Assembly: GCA_944373135.1 (NCBI GenBank) | Contig: CALWAM010000002.1 | Location: forward strand, 1 to 32,324 | From: an uncultured Bacilli bacterium | GTDB lineage: Bacteria; Bacillota_I; Bacilli_A; RF39; UBA660 | Length of the DNA stretch: 32,324 nucleotides | Reading direction: 5' to 3' | Part shown: positions 17,655-26,199 of the stretch, piece after piece | How positions within the stretch are numbered: position 1 is the first letter of the stretch | Layout of the letters: each line of letters starts with the position of its first letter | Translations under genes and position numbers: made by a program | The notes under the pieces: generated by a model | Database searches by the model: none | What the model was told of the DNA's origin: nothing | The model's input: only the letters and a program-made list of their open reading frames with translations

Positions 17655-18347
17655 TCATTGATTAATATAAGGAAGAATAGTTAAATCTTTAGTAGATAAT
17701 AAATATTTATTTTTGTGTAATTTTTTTAATTCATTATTATATAGATCATATGGTAAACGACAAGTTCCAGCACAGCAGCCACGATTGCCACTACGCCCTC
17801 CTAATAGTGAGCTCATCAGACACTGACCACTATAACTGATGCATAATGCTCCTTGCGCGAATATTTCTAATTCTATGTTAGTATTTTTACAAATGTCTTT
17901 AATGGTTTCAAGTGAGGTTTCTCGTGCTAATACTACTCTGGTGGCGCCAAGTTTTTCCATGAGTTTTACCCCATCAAGGTTATGAATATGGGCTTGAGTT
18001 GAAACATGAATTTCTAAATTGGGGTATGTTTGATGAAGTAAATCAATCATTCCAAAATCTTGAACGATTACAGCATCTACGTTATTTTCATGTAAGAATT
18101 TTACATAATTCATAAAGTCTGATACTTCATTATCATAAATCAAGGTATTGATAGTAACATATATTTTTACTCCGTATTCATGTGCAATTTTAATAGCTTC
18201 AATGATTTCCTCGTTAGTAAAATTTTTAGCAAAACTTCTTGCGCCAAATGTTTTGCCACCTAAGTATACCGCATCAGCCCCGGCTTCGATAGCATATTTT
18301 AGGCAATCCATATCGCCAGCGGGAGCTAATAATTCTACTTTATCCAT
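17655..18347 (-). CDS. U32-family protein (RlhA/TrhP/PrtC-like), N-terminal TIM-barrel portion with Cys cluster
   Basis: VELLAPAGDMDCLKYAIEAGADAVYLGG and the U32 signature region EIFAQGALCISYSGQCLMSS..GNRGCCAGTCR are present. The ORF ends at a TGA (17655-17657), 13 sense codons before the next ORF. Confidence 0.8.
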   Translation of the reverse strand: MDKVELLAPAGDMDCLKYAIEAGADAVYLGGKTFGARSFAKNFTNEEIIEAIKIAHEYGVKIYVTINTLIYDNEVSDFMNYVKFLHENNVDAVIVQDFGMIDLLHQTYPNLEIHVSTQAHIHNLDGVKLMEKLGATRVVLARETSLETIKDICKNTNIELEIFAQGALCISYSGQCLMSSLLGGRSGNRGCCAGTCRLPYDLYNNELKKLHKNKYLLSTKDLTILPYINQ

Positions 18348-18398
18348 TTAATCACTTCCAAATGTATTTTAACAAAAAATTAAAAAAAAGCAAACGAC

Positions 18399-18426
18399 AA
18401 AAAAACTGCTAAGATGGTTAGCAGCT
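18399..18426 (-). terminator. rho-independent terminator of hsp20
   Basis: Minus strand reads GCTGCTAA-ccatc-TTAGCAG followed by T7. Confidence 0.6.
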
Positions 18427-18439
18427 AATTTATTTTTTA

Positions 18440-18832
18440 TTATTTTATTTCAATGAACTTTTTATGATTTTCTTCAGCCATTTTTGGAATGACTAATTTA
18501 AGAGTACCATTACTAAATTCAGCATCGATATGATTTTCATCAGCATCACCTAAGTAGAAAGTACGACTTAATTTACGATATGCTCTTTCACGACGTATAT
18601 ATTTTTTACCTTTATGTTCATCTTCTTTAGTTTCTTTTTGTGCAGATATTGTTAAGTAACCGTTATCACTAGATACTTTTATATCTTTTTTTTCAAAGCC
18701 AGGAATATCCATTTCGATGTGGTACTTATTATCCTTTTCATAAATATCGCATTTCATGTTATTTACTTCTTTAGTACTCATTAAATCATCAAAAATGTCA
18801 TCTAAATAAAAATCTCTTGGAATTAAATTCAT
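18440..18832 (-). CDS. Hsp20/alpha-crystallin family small heat-shock protein
   Basis: The ORF is 130 aa. It shows the alpha-crystallin domain pattern (DIYEKDNKYHIEMDIPGFEKKDIKVSSDNGYLTISA ... FSNGTLKLVIPK). The RBS is AAAGGAAGGA. Confidence 0.9.
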   Translation of the reverse strand: MNLIPRDFYLDDIFDDLMSTKEVNNMKCDIYEKDNKYHIEMDIPGFEKKDIKVSSDNGYLTISAQKETKEDEHKGKKYIRRERAYRKLSRTFYLGDADENHIDAEFSNGTLKLVIPKMAEENHKKFIEIK

Positions 18833-18858
18833 ATATTATTCCTTCCTTTCACAATTAT

Positions 18859-18887
18859 AATTTACCACATTAGTTAGCACTTGTCAA
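18859..18887 (-). promoter_or_regulatory. sigma-A promoter of hsp20
   Basis: Minus strand reads TTGACA (18887-18882), a 17-nt spacer, then TGgTAAATT, with the -10 hexamer at 18864-18859. Confidence 0.55.
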
Positions 18888-18900
18888 TATAAAGTGCTAA
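18874..18900. promoter_or_regulatory. CIRCE-like inverted repeat (HrcA operator) upstream of hsp20
   Basis: TTAGCACTT-N9-AAGTGCTAA compares with the CIRCE consensus TTAGCACTC-N9-GAGTGCTAA. Each arm has one change, and the two changes are mutually compensating. It overlaps the -35 box of the hsp20 promoter and lies just 3' of addA. Confidence 0.75.
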
Positions 18901-18921
18901 CTATTTTTATTTTATACATTT

Positions 18922-21900
18922 TTAGTGTAAATATACGTAACATGATAAATTTATTAACTTTTCTTCAAGAATTGAATATAAATAAAGTTCTACTTTCTTA
19001 TTTGTAATGCTTTCAATATATCGCTTATAACCGGTTAATTGTTTAATGTAGGCATCATCATTAATATTCTTTAATTTATAATCAACGATTTTATAATGGT
19101 CATTAAATTCTAATAATAAATCGATGATACCGTGATATTCTTCATTATCTTCTGTATAAATAAATTCGTACTCTTTATATATATTTAAAGCGTTGTTTAA
19201 AATATGCGTATCAATAAATTTCTTAATTTTATTAGCAATCAAGGGATTAATATTTTCATAATTAGGTTGATTAAAATCAATTTGTTCAAACTCTTGATGG
19301 CACAACAAACCAAATTTTATATTTTGATAAGTATCATTACTATTAATATTATGTATGTCTTTAGAAAATTTTATGCTTTTTAATTCTTCGTTTACTATAT
19401 TAATAGGAGTTGTTTTAATTTCAATATCGCATTGAGAAATATTATCTTGATAATTGCTTACTTTAGTTAAATTATAGGATTTAGTTAAATTTAATTTTTC
19501 GATATCAATCTTTTTTTCATATGGGGCGATTATTTTATTTAAAGAGCTTAAAATATCAGCAGTTGAACGATAAGATAGCCGGTCCGTAGCAGGAATAATA
19601 CCATGAGTTGGAGTAACGCTTTTATCTTTTAATTGAGTAATAAGAATCATTTTTTCTCTTGCTCTAGTTAACGCTACATAGAAAAGGCGAATTCTTTCAG
19701 ATATTTCATTTTGATAAAATTTATAACTATTTAACTGTTTTAAAATAGTACTATGTAAGCCATCTTTATTGAAAGGTAATATAAAACCATAATCTTTGTT
19801 AAAACTAATTCTATCAGTTATTTCATCAATGTTATATTTTTCTTGTAAACTAGAAAAATAGCAAATCGGAAATTCTAAACCTTTAGAGCCATGGATAGTC
19901 ATAATCTTGCAAGAATTAGAAGTTTCTTTATTAGTACTAAATTTTAAATCTAGTTTCTTTTCTGATATATCATTTAAGTATTGTGATATTTTTTCAATAT
20001 TATAGCCGATATTTTCTAAATTTTTACATAAATCCATAACATAGTCATAAACAATGATATGTTTATTGATATCACCAATAGATATTAATTTATTATAAAC
20101 ATCAAATTTAATTATAATATTATTAAATAGTTGCGAAGGGGTTATTTCATCATAATCTTTTATTAACTCTTCGCCTAGTTTGTATAATGATGTTTCATAA
20201 TATTTTTTATTAGTTATAATATCAAATATATAATCATCATCATAGTTTATTAAATAGCTTCTACTTATACTTAAAAAGGAATATGTAAATGAAGCATCAT
20301 AATTATGGTTAGCTAGATGAACAAGAAAATTAAAAATATTTTTAATAATAGCAATGTTATCGGAAGTAGTAATAGACTCATCACGATAAATAGTGATAGG
20401 AATATTTAAGTATTCAAACACTTTTTTATATGTTGCGAAGGATTTACTCCGATCAATAAGAATGCAAAAATCACTATAGTTAGCAAGACGTAAAGATGAG
20501 GTATTGGGATCAAATACTTGATATTTGTTATTAATTTTCTCTTTTATGTCTTTAGCTATGGCGAATATTTCTATTTCTGTACTATTAAACTTGTAATTTT
20601 TTGGTATCTCATAAGTCATTATTTCAAAATCATGGGATGTGTGCGTATCTTCTTTTAAATATGCGGTATTACCGAATTCCATACGATGATTTAACCGGTA
20701 TTCTGCTCCACCTATTTCACTATCCATAATATAATCAAATAATAAGTTAATATTATTTAAAACTTCAGAACGAGAGCGAAAGTTTTTATTTAAATCTATT
20801 TTAAAACCACCATTACCATTTTGATATGCATTATATTTACTTTTAAATAACATTGGATTAGCATTACGGAAGCGATAAATAGATTGCTTAATATCACCAA
20901 CCATATAAACATTATTATTTTCTATTTTAGAAATAAATAAATCTTGTAAATCAGAAGTATCTTGATATTCATCAATTAATATTTCATTAAATGAAGCTTT
21001 TATCTCTTCTTTAATATTTTCATTCTCATCTAATATCCGGATGGCATATTTGGCGATATCAGTAAATTCATAAATAGAGTTGTTTTCTTTATATTTGATC
21101 ATTTTTTCATCTAAAGAAAGAATAATATCAATTAAAGCAGTAACGTAATCCTTAGTTAAAGCTATTGTACTTTTTATTTCTTCCTCGTTTTCATAAATAG
21201 TTAACTCTTGAATCTTTTTTAAATTTTCAGAAATCTTAGTTTTATAACTTTTGGTTTCTTCATCCATTCCGCGAGGTAATACAGGTAGTTTTATTTGACA
21301 AGAATTTTTTATTGACTCATAATCATTACTATTTAATAAAGGTGATATTATGGACATATATGTTTCTTCATATTTAGGAGTAACTCCTCTTAATAATTCA
21401 TTAGTTAAATTTTTAATATTATCTAAATACTTATTTATTAAATTCAAATATTCAGTTATTATTTTTTGTAAGTGAAGATTACTGTAATAATTTGTTAAAT
21501 AATTATGTAAATAATCTTTTTTATTATAAAGAAGGGATAAGGAATTATCCATTTTTACTATAGCTTCTTTAATACTTGAATCGTCTTTAGTACAAAAATC
21601 ATCAATTAGTTTTAAAAATACAGGGTCTGAGGCTTGATATTTTTGTTCAAAAATTTCTTCTAAGTATTTTTCTTTAAGAATTGCAAATAAACTACTTTCC
21701 CCTATTTGAATATTGCTAGATAAATTAAGTAAATAGTGATATTTCTTAACAATAGACAAGGAATAAGAATCGAAGGTAGTAATATAAGCACTATCAATTT
21801 TATCTAATTCATCTTGTAGTTCACTATAGGTGCTAATTTTTCGGCGGATACGATCTTTCATTTCCGCTGCAGCAGCATTAGTAAATGTTAAAATTAAAAG

Positions 21901-22047
21901 TTTATCCACACTAACTTTTTCCTTAACTTTACGAAGAACTCTTTCACTTAAAACAGCAGTTTTACCGCTACCAGCTCCAGCACTGACTATAATATTAGTA
22001 CCTTCCTTATCAATAGCAAGTTGTTGTTCTTTGGTCCAATTAGGCAT
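18922..22047 (-). CDS. addA: ATP-dependent helicase/nuclease subunit A (AddA/RexA), short form
   Basis: It has the UvrD-type motifs VSAGAGSGKTAVLSERV, LIDEYQDTS, VGDIKQSIYRFRNA, TIHGSKGLEF and LFYVALTRAREKM. The C-terminal RecB-type nuclease motif is GIIDLLLEF..YKIVDYKL. I prefer the ATG at 22047 (MPNWTKEQ, GGAGGTG 8 nt upstream) over the GTG at 22056. It overlaps the addB stop by 8 nt. Confidence 0.9.
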   Translation of the reverse strand: MPNWTKEQQLAIDKEGTNIIVSAGAGSGKTAVLSERVLRKVKEKVSVDKLLILTFTNAAAAEMKDRIRRKISTYSELQDELDKIDSAYITTFDSYSLSIVKKYHYLLNLSSNIQIGESSLFAILKEKYLEEIFEQKYQASDPVFLKLIDDFCTKDDSSIKEAIVKMDNSLSLLYNKKDYLHNYLTNYYSNLHLQKIITEYLNLINKYLDNIKNLTNELLRGVTPKYEETYMSIISPLLNSNDYESIKNSCQIKLPVLPRGMDEETKSYKTKISENLKKIQELTIYENEEEIKSTIALTKDYVTALIDIILSLDEKMIKYKENNSIYEFTDIAKYAIRILDENENIKEEIKASFNEILIDEYQDTSDLQDLFISKIENNNVYMVGDIKQSIYRFRNANPMLFKSKYNAYQNGNGGFKIDLNKNFRSRSEVLNNINLLFDYIMDSEIGGAEYRLNHRMEFGNTAYLKEDTHTSHDFEIMTYEIPKNYKFNSTEIEIFAIAKDIKEKINNKYQVFDPNTSSLRLANYSDFCILIDRSKSFATYKKVFEYLNIPITIYRDESITTSDNIAIIKNIFNFLVHLANHNYDASFTYSFLSISRSYLINYDDDYIFDIITNKKYYETSLYKLGEELIKDYDEITPSQLFNNIIIKFDVYNKLISIGDINKHIIVYDYVMDLCKNLENIGYNIEKISQYLNDISEKKLDLKFSTNKETSNSCKIMTIHGSKGLEFPICYFSSLQEKYNIDEITDRISFNKDYGFILPFNKDGLHSTILKQLNSYKFYQNEISERIRLFYVALTRAREKMILITQLKDKSVTPTHGIIPATDRLSYRSTADILSSLNKIIAPYEKKIDIEKLNLTKSYNLTKVSNYQDNISQCDIEIKTTPINIVNEELKSIKFSKDIHNINSNDTYQNIKFGLLCHQEFEQIDFNQPNYENINPLIANKIKKFIDTHILNNALNIYKEYEFIYTEDNEEYHGIIDLLLEFNDHYKIVDYKLKNINDDAYIKQLTGYKRYIESITNKKVELYLYSILEEKLINLSCYVYLH

Positions 22048-24352
22048 CTTTTTCACCTCCTAAGATATCTTCTATTTTTTGATAATCTAAATCAACTATA
22101 TCTTCTTCTTTGCGAAAACAAAGATCTTTATATTTACAGTACTTACAACCAATTAAATCATTATTAAGACGTTTAGGATTTATACTAAATTCCGCATTTA
22201 AAATATTATCTATAGCTTCATCTATTTTTTGATTAGTTATTGTAGATATTTTTTCAATATTTTCATCATTTATTAATTTAGTATAATTAGAAAAACCATT
22301 TGACGTTTTCTTCATTCCTTCTATAACTAAAGAATTTTCATAATTATCATCTAAATAGGATATAATTTTTTCATTACTATTACTATATCCACTTAATCTA
22401 AGTTTTTGACGATTATCTTTAAGATAGTCAATTTGATCAACTACTTTATTTTGTAAAATATGTTGAAGATAAAAACCAGCAATTTTTAAATTACTAAATT
22501 CTTTATTTTTTGCTAAATATATATATACAGGAAGTTGTAAATTTAAACCATAATTAATATTATCTAAAGTATTTTTTATATTTCCGGTTTTATAATCTAT
22601 AATTGCCGCAATTATATAATCTTGATTTTTAGTATATTTTATTTTATCAACTATTCCCATGAAGGTTATTTCAATATCTTTACTTTTATTAACAAATATT
22701 TTTTGTTCAGTTAAGACATTGTTTAGTTTGGTAAAACTATCTTGAAATTTAATTGTATCAATAACAAATTTTAAATCTTCTTTTAATTTATTAATAAAGA
22801 AAGATTCTTTTGGAGTTAGCATTTTATTTTTTATATATTCATTATATACAATATCTAAATCAAAGGTATCACTATACATTTTAGATAATACATCATGGAA
22901 TAAATTACCGATAAAAATGGCAAATGTTTCCTCATATGGGTCTAACTTTAAGATATTATTAATATAATATTTAAATGCACAATTGTAATAGTTATTTAAA
23001 GAAGAATAAGCTAACGTTAATTTGGGTTTTAAATGGTTTTTTAAAGATTCAATATTTATTTTTGTGTAAGCATTATTATAAGTACGATAACTTATTTGTG
23101 GATAATTATGATATAAAATTGCTAAATTTTCATCTTTTTCATTATATTTTATTAAATTATCTAATGATTGAGTTAAGTGATATTGATTCATTAAATCTGA
23201 ATAATGATATTTATTAGTATTTTCATCTTTAACTTTCATATTTAAAGTATTAATCAAATATGAAGGATAATAATTAGCAAATGGTGTTTTATCCTTATAA
23301 CTTAATATATAATTGGGAGTAGTTTTTAAGATTTTTATTATATAATCTTTTTCTTCTTTATTTATTTTTATAGAAGGAGATATATCAAGTAATATTTTTT
23401 CTTGATCGCTTATAAAGTCTTCATCTTTAACTACTTTAGGGACATTTTCTTGATTAAAAGATAGGATATGATAAATATTATCATTGGGTATTATATCTTC
23501 AAAATTAATTATATCAATGGCATTTTTTAATTTCTCAGAAGAAAGTTTAGTGCTTTTAAATTCTTCAACAAAGCAAGATATTAGGACATCGTCGACTGTA
23601 TTGGTAAAAGCATAATTATTAATTATTGTGACGATTTGATTTTTGATATCACTTTCGGGTAAGGAATTAATTGCATCTTCAATGTTTTTAGAATTAGTTA
23701 AGCTATTTAAAAATTTTTGAGCAATGTTAGTACTGTATATAGATGATGAATCATTAGTGTTCAAGGGGATGTTATACATACGAAATATTCTTTTTAAAGG
23801 AGTTATATATTCGGGAGTAACATTAACTAAGTGAATATCATTAATTGATATTGAGAATAATTCTTCTGTTATCTTTTGAGCATGATATTCTATTTCTTCT
23901 TCAATAGTTGAAAAATGGTAAACAAGGAACTGAGCGTTAACTTCTTTTTCTTTAATTATTTCGGTATGATAGTTAGCAAATATCTTTTTTAAATAATTAT
24001 CAATATGTTTAATATTAATTAACTTTATATTTTTTAAATTCTTTTTAAAATTATAATTATGAATTATTAATTTGTTTTTTTCTAGTTCTTCTAACAACTC
24101 TTTAGTTCTAGAAGAATTACTAAATATATTGGTTAAATACTTTAGGGCAATATCATACGGATAATGATAGGTCCTCATCAAGTAAACAATAGCTTCTTTA
24201 TTGTACGTGCCAAAATAATTATCTTTGAATTCTTGTAGAGTCATTATTTTTATATTTATAATCTTTTTATTTTTAGAAAGTTGTCTTAATATATCTTTTT
24301 TTATATTATTAGTAGTAATTATTAAGTCGTTGTTTTCAATTGAATTTAGCAT
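22040..24352 (-). CDS. addB: helicase-nuclease subunit B (AddB/RexB), reduced 770-aa form lacking a Walker A motif
   Basis: It is translationally coupled upstream of addA. The C-terminal PD-(D/E)XK motif is GIVDKIKY...AAIIDYKTG. The AddB-type Fe-S ligands are one Cys in NNYYNCAFKY plus CKYCKYKDLC (CX2CX5C). There is no GxxGxGK[ST] anywhere in the N-terminus. Confidence 0.8.
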   Translation of the reverse strand: MLNSIENNDLIITTNNIKKDILRQLSKNKKIINIKIMTLQEFKDNYFGTYNKEAIVYLMRTYHYPYDIALKYLTNIFSNSSRTKELLEELEKNKLIIHNYNFKKNLKNIKLINIKHIDNYLKKIFANYHTEIIKEKEVNAQFLVYHFSTIEEEIEYHAQKITEELFSISINDIHLVNVTPEYITPLKRIFRMYNIPLNTNDSSSIYSTNIAQKFLNSLTNSKNIEDAINSLPESDIKNQIVTIINNYAFTNTVDDVLISCFVEEFKSTKLSSEKLKNAIDIINFEDIIPNDNIYHILSFNQENVPKVVKDEDFISDQEKILLDISPSIKINKEEKDYIIKILKTTPNYILSYKDKTPFANYYPSYLINTLNMKVKDENTNKYHYSDLMNQYHLTQSLDNLIKYNEKDENLAILYHNYPQISYRTYNNAYTKINIESLKNHLKPKLTLAYSSLNNYYNCAFKYYINNILKLDPYEETFAIFIGNLFHDVLSKMYSDTFDLDIVYNEYIKNKMLTPKESFFINKLKEDLKFVIDTIKFQDSFTKLNNVLTEQKIFVNKSKDIEITFMGIVDKIKYTKNQDYIIAAIIDYKTGNIKNTLDNINYGLNLQLPVYIYLAKNKEFSNLKIAGFYLQHILQNKVVDQIDYLKDNRQKLRLSGYSNSNEKIISYLDDNYENSLVIEGMKKTSNGFSNYTKLINDENIEKISTITNQKIDEAIDNILNAEFSINPKRLNNDLIGCKYCKYKDLCFRKEEDIVDLDYQKIEDILGGEKDA

Positions 24353-24461
24353 TTAAATCACCAATTTTATTATATATTAAAAAACAATAGTTTGCATTAA
24401 TTAATTAAAAAAGAATTTACTTTGGAATAGTGATTATTTATAATAGCTTATTGGTGATTTA

Positions 24462-25991
24462 ATGTCTTTTAAAATATCAGGATTTGAATTAGATAGCGAA
24501 CAAAGAGCCATAGTATTAGATGAAAATAAATATTTATTAGTTACCGCCGGAGCCGGTAGTGGAAAAACTTTAACAATTTTAGGTAAAATAAAGTATTTAA
24601 TTAAAGAAAAGAATATTAAGCCAGAGGAAATATTATGTATATCTTTTACTAAAGCTGCAGCAGAAAGTTTAAAAAATAAAATTAAAAGTGAGTTTAATTT
24701 AAATATGCCGGTTTATACCTTTCATAAATTATCTTTAGAAATTTTACAAAAAAACCAGATTAATTATAACATTACTGACAGCGATATGTTAGAAAATATA
24801 ATTCATAAATTTCTAGCAATAGATGTCCTTGAATATGAAAAAATTATGAAGAATATTTTATATTATTTTGATCAAGAAGGAAATTACAATATAAAAAAGA
24901 AATATCTAAATTTTTATAAATATAAATATAAATATATAGATATGCTTGAAAAACTGCTAACTACATTTTTACATTTATTTAAGTGTAATAATTGGGAGTT
25001 AAATGATTTTGTTGATTTTTCCCAAAAAATAAAATGGACTTTATCATATAAAAAATATAAAAAAGAAAAAATATTTTTAATTTTAGCAATTAACATTTAT
25101 TTAAAGTATGAAAAGTACTTAAATGAGAATAATGAAATTGATTTTGATGATATGATACTAAAAGCCACAAATATTATAAAAAAGTCTAAAAATATTTATA
25201 AGTATAAATACATTATAATTGATGAATACCAAGATACATCTTATATAAGATTTCTTTTGATAAGAGAATTAGTTAATATTACGAATGCTAATTTAATGGT
25301 CGTAGGAGATGATTTTCAATCAATATATAGATTTACAGGATGTGATATTAGTTTATTTTTAAATTTTAATAATTATTTTAAAGATGCTAAAATTTTAAAA
25401 ATTCAAACTACTTACCGAAATAGTCAAGAGTTAATAAATATTGCGGGAAGTTTTGTTATGAAAAATAAAAACCAAATAAGAAAAAATTTACAATCTACAA
25501 AACGACTAAAAAATCCGATTAGAATAATTTATTATGATGATATAAAAAACGAATTTAAAAAGTTAATAAACGATATTTATAAAAATTGTGGTGGCAATAT
25601 TTTAGTATTAGGTAGAAATAACAATGATGTTAAAATGATTTTGAGTAATGATTTAATTTTAAAAAATAATACAATTATATTTAAAAGTAATAAAGAGATA
25701 AATATAAAGTTCATGACGGTTCATAAATCTAAAGGTTTAGAGAGTGATAATGTTATTATTATCAATTTAAAAGATGATATTTTAGGATTTCCTAGCCAAA
25801 TTAAAGAAGAAAGAATTTTAAGATTAGTTAGTAATAACTTTGATAGTTATCCATATAGCGAAGAAAGACGTTTATTTTATGTAGCTTTAACTAGAACTAA
25901 AAACTATGTATATTTATTAACGCCTAAAAAAAACGCTTCAGTATTTGTTAAAGAAATAAAAAGATATATTAACAAAAGAATCGATTCATAA
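24462..25991 (+). CDS. compact SF1 UvrD/Rep/helicase-IV-like DNA helicase (509 aa)
   Basis: All core motifs are present: VTAGAGSGKT, CISFTKAAAESL, IIIDEYQDTS, VVGDDFQSIYRFTGCD, TYRNSQEL, VHKSKGLESDNVIII and RRLFYVALTRTKNYVYLL. There is no nuclease or other accessory domain. The RBS is GGTGAT. Confidence 0.85.
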   Translation: MSFKISGFELDSEQRAIVLDENKYLLVTAGAGSGKTLTILGKIKYLIKEKNIKPEEILCISFTKAAAESLKNKIKSEFNLNMPVYTFHKLSLEILQKNQINYNITDSDMLENIIHKFLAIDVLEYEKIMKNILYYFDQEGNYNIKKKYLNFYKYKYKYIDMLEKLLTTFLHLFKCNNWELNDFVDFSQKIKWTLSYKKYKKEKIFLILAINIYLKYEKYLNENNEIDFDDMILKATNIIKKSKNIYKYKYIIIDEYQDTSYIRFLLIRELVNITNANLMVVGDDFQSIYRFTGCDISLFLNFNNYFKDAKILKIQTTYRNSQELINIAGSFVMKNKNQIRKNLQSTKRLKNPIRIIYYDDIKNEFKKLINDIYKNCGGNILVLGRNNNDVKMILSNDLILKNNTIIFKSNKEINIKFMTVHKSKGLESDNVIIINLKDDILGFPSQIKEERILRLVSNNFDSYPYSEERRLFYVALTRTKNYVYLLTPKKNASVFVKEIKRYINKRIDS

Positions 25992-26030
25992 GAATCGATT
26001 CTTTATATTAAGTCTATAAGACTTTTTTTT
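25975..26030 (+). terminator. tandem terminator hairpins after the helicase gene
   Basis: The first is a 13-bp stem made of two copies of the palindrome GAATCGATTC, with the TAA stop in its loop (25975-26004). The second is AAGTCT-ata-AGACTT followed by T8 (26010-26030). Confidence 0.65.
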
Positions 26031-26035
26031 AATAC

Positions 26036-26112
26036 TGGGGCGGAATATCGGGATCGAACCGATGCATGCCAGAGCCACAATCTGGTGTGTTAACCACTTC
26101 ACCAATTCCGCC
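26036..26112 (-). tRNA. tRNA-His (anticodon GUG) with encoded G-1 and 3' CCA
   Basis: A manual cloverleaf fits: G-1; acceptor GCGGAAT/ATTCCGC; anticodon stem CCAGA/TCTGG with loop TTGTGGC; T arm ATCGG-TTCGATC-CCGAT; discriminator C, then CCA. Confidence 0.93.
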
Positions 26113-26170
26113 ATAGCAATATTAGAATAACAAAATATTGCTTAAAAATCAAGTATTAATTGTTTTAATT

Positions 26171-26199
26171 AAAATTTAAAATAGGAGTTGTCCTATTTT
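26171..26199 (-). terminator. terminator of the M23 peptidase gene
   Basis: AAAATAGGA-caac-TCCTATTTT (minus strand) overlaps the TAG stop and is followed by AAATTTT. Confidence 0.5.

Larger units (their letters stand above)
16191..18347 (-). pseudogene. alternative reading: one 718-codon U32 gene with an internal TGA
   Basis: Reading through the TGA gives ...PYINQ-[TGA]-LDLNITSLKIEGR-MKSKEY..., which restores the conserved U32 SLKIEGRMK block. This shows the two ORFs were one gene. Confidence 0.5.

Noticed and set aside
17655-17657. TGA in the U32 gene as evidence of an alternative genetic code (code 4 Trp or code 25 Gly)
   Set aside because: Trp is encoded by TGG throughout (for example NPWPWD in cotJB). 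TGA ends the 1365-aa ORF and the SDR gene at sensible positions. No other long ORF is broken by TGA. One event in 32 kb is incompatible with reassignment.
17600-17657. The same TGA as a selenocysteine codon
   Set aside because: The aligned position in the U32 family is a variable, non-catalytic residue just before the KIEGR block, not a Cys. The ~40 nt downstream are AT-rich with no convincing SECIS-like stem-loop.
24908-24945. AAATAT-type microsatellite (encoding KYKYKYI) inside the helicase gene
   Set aside because: It has only about three imperfect units, stays in frame and fits the general AT-rich Lys/Tyr codon bias. There is no evidence of a functional repeat.
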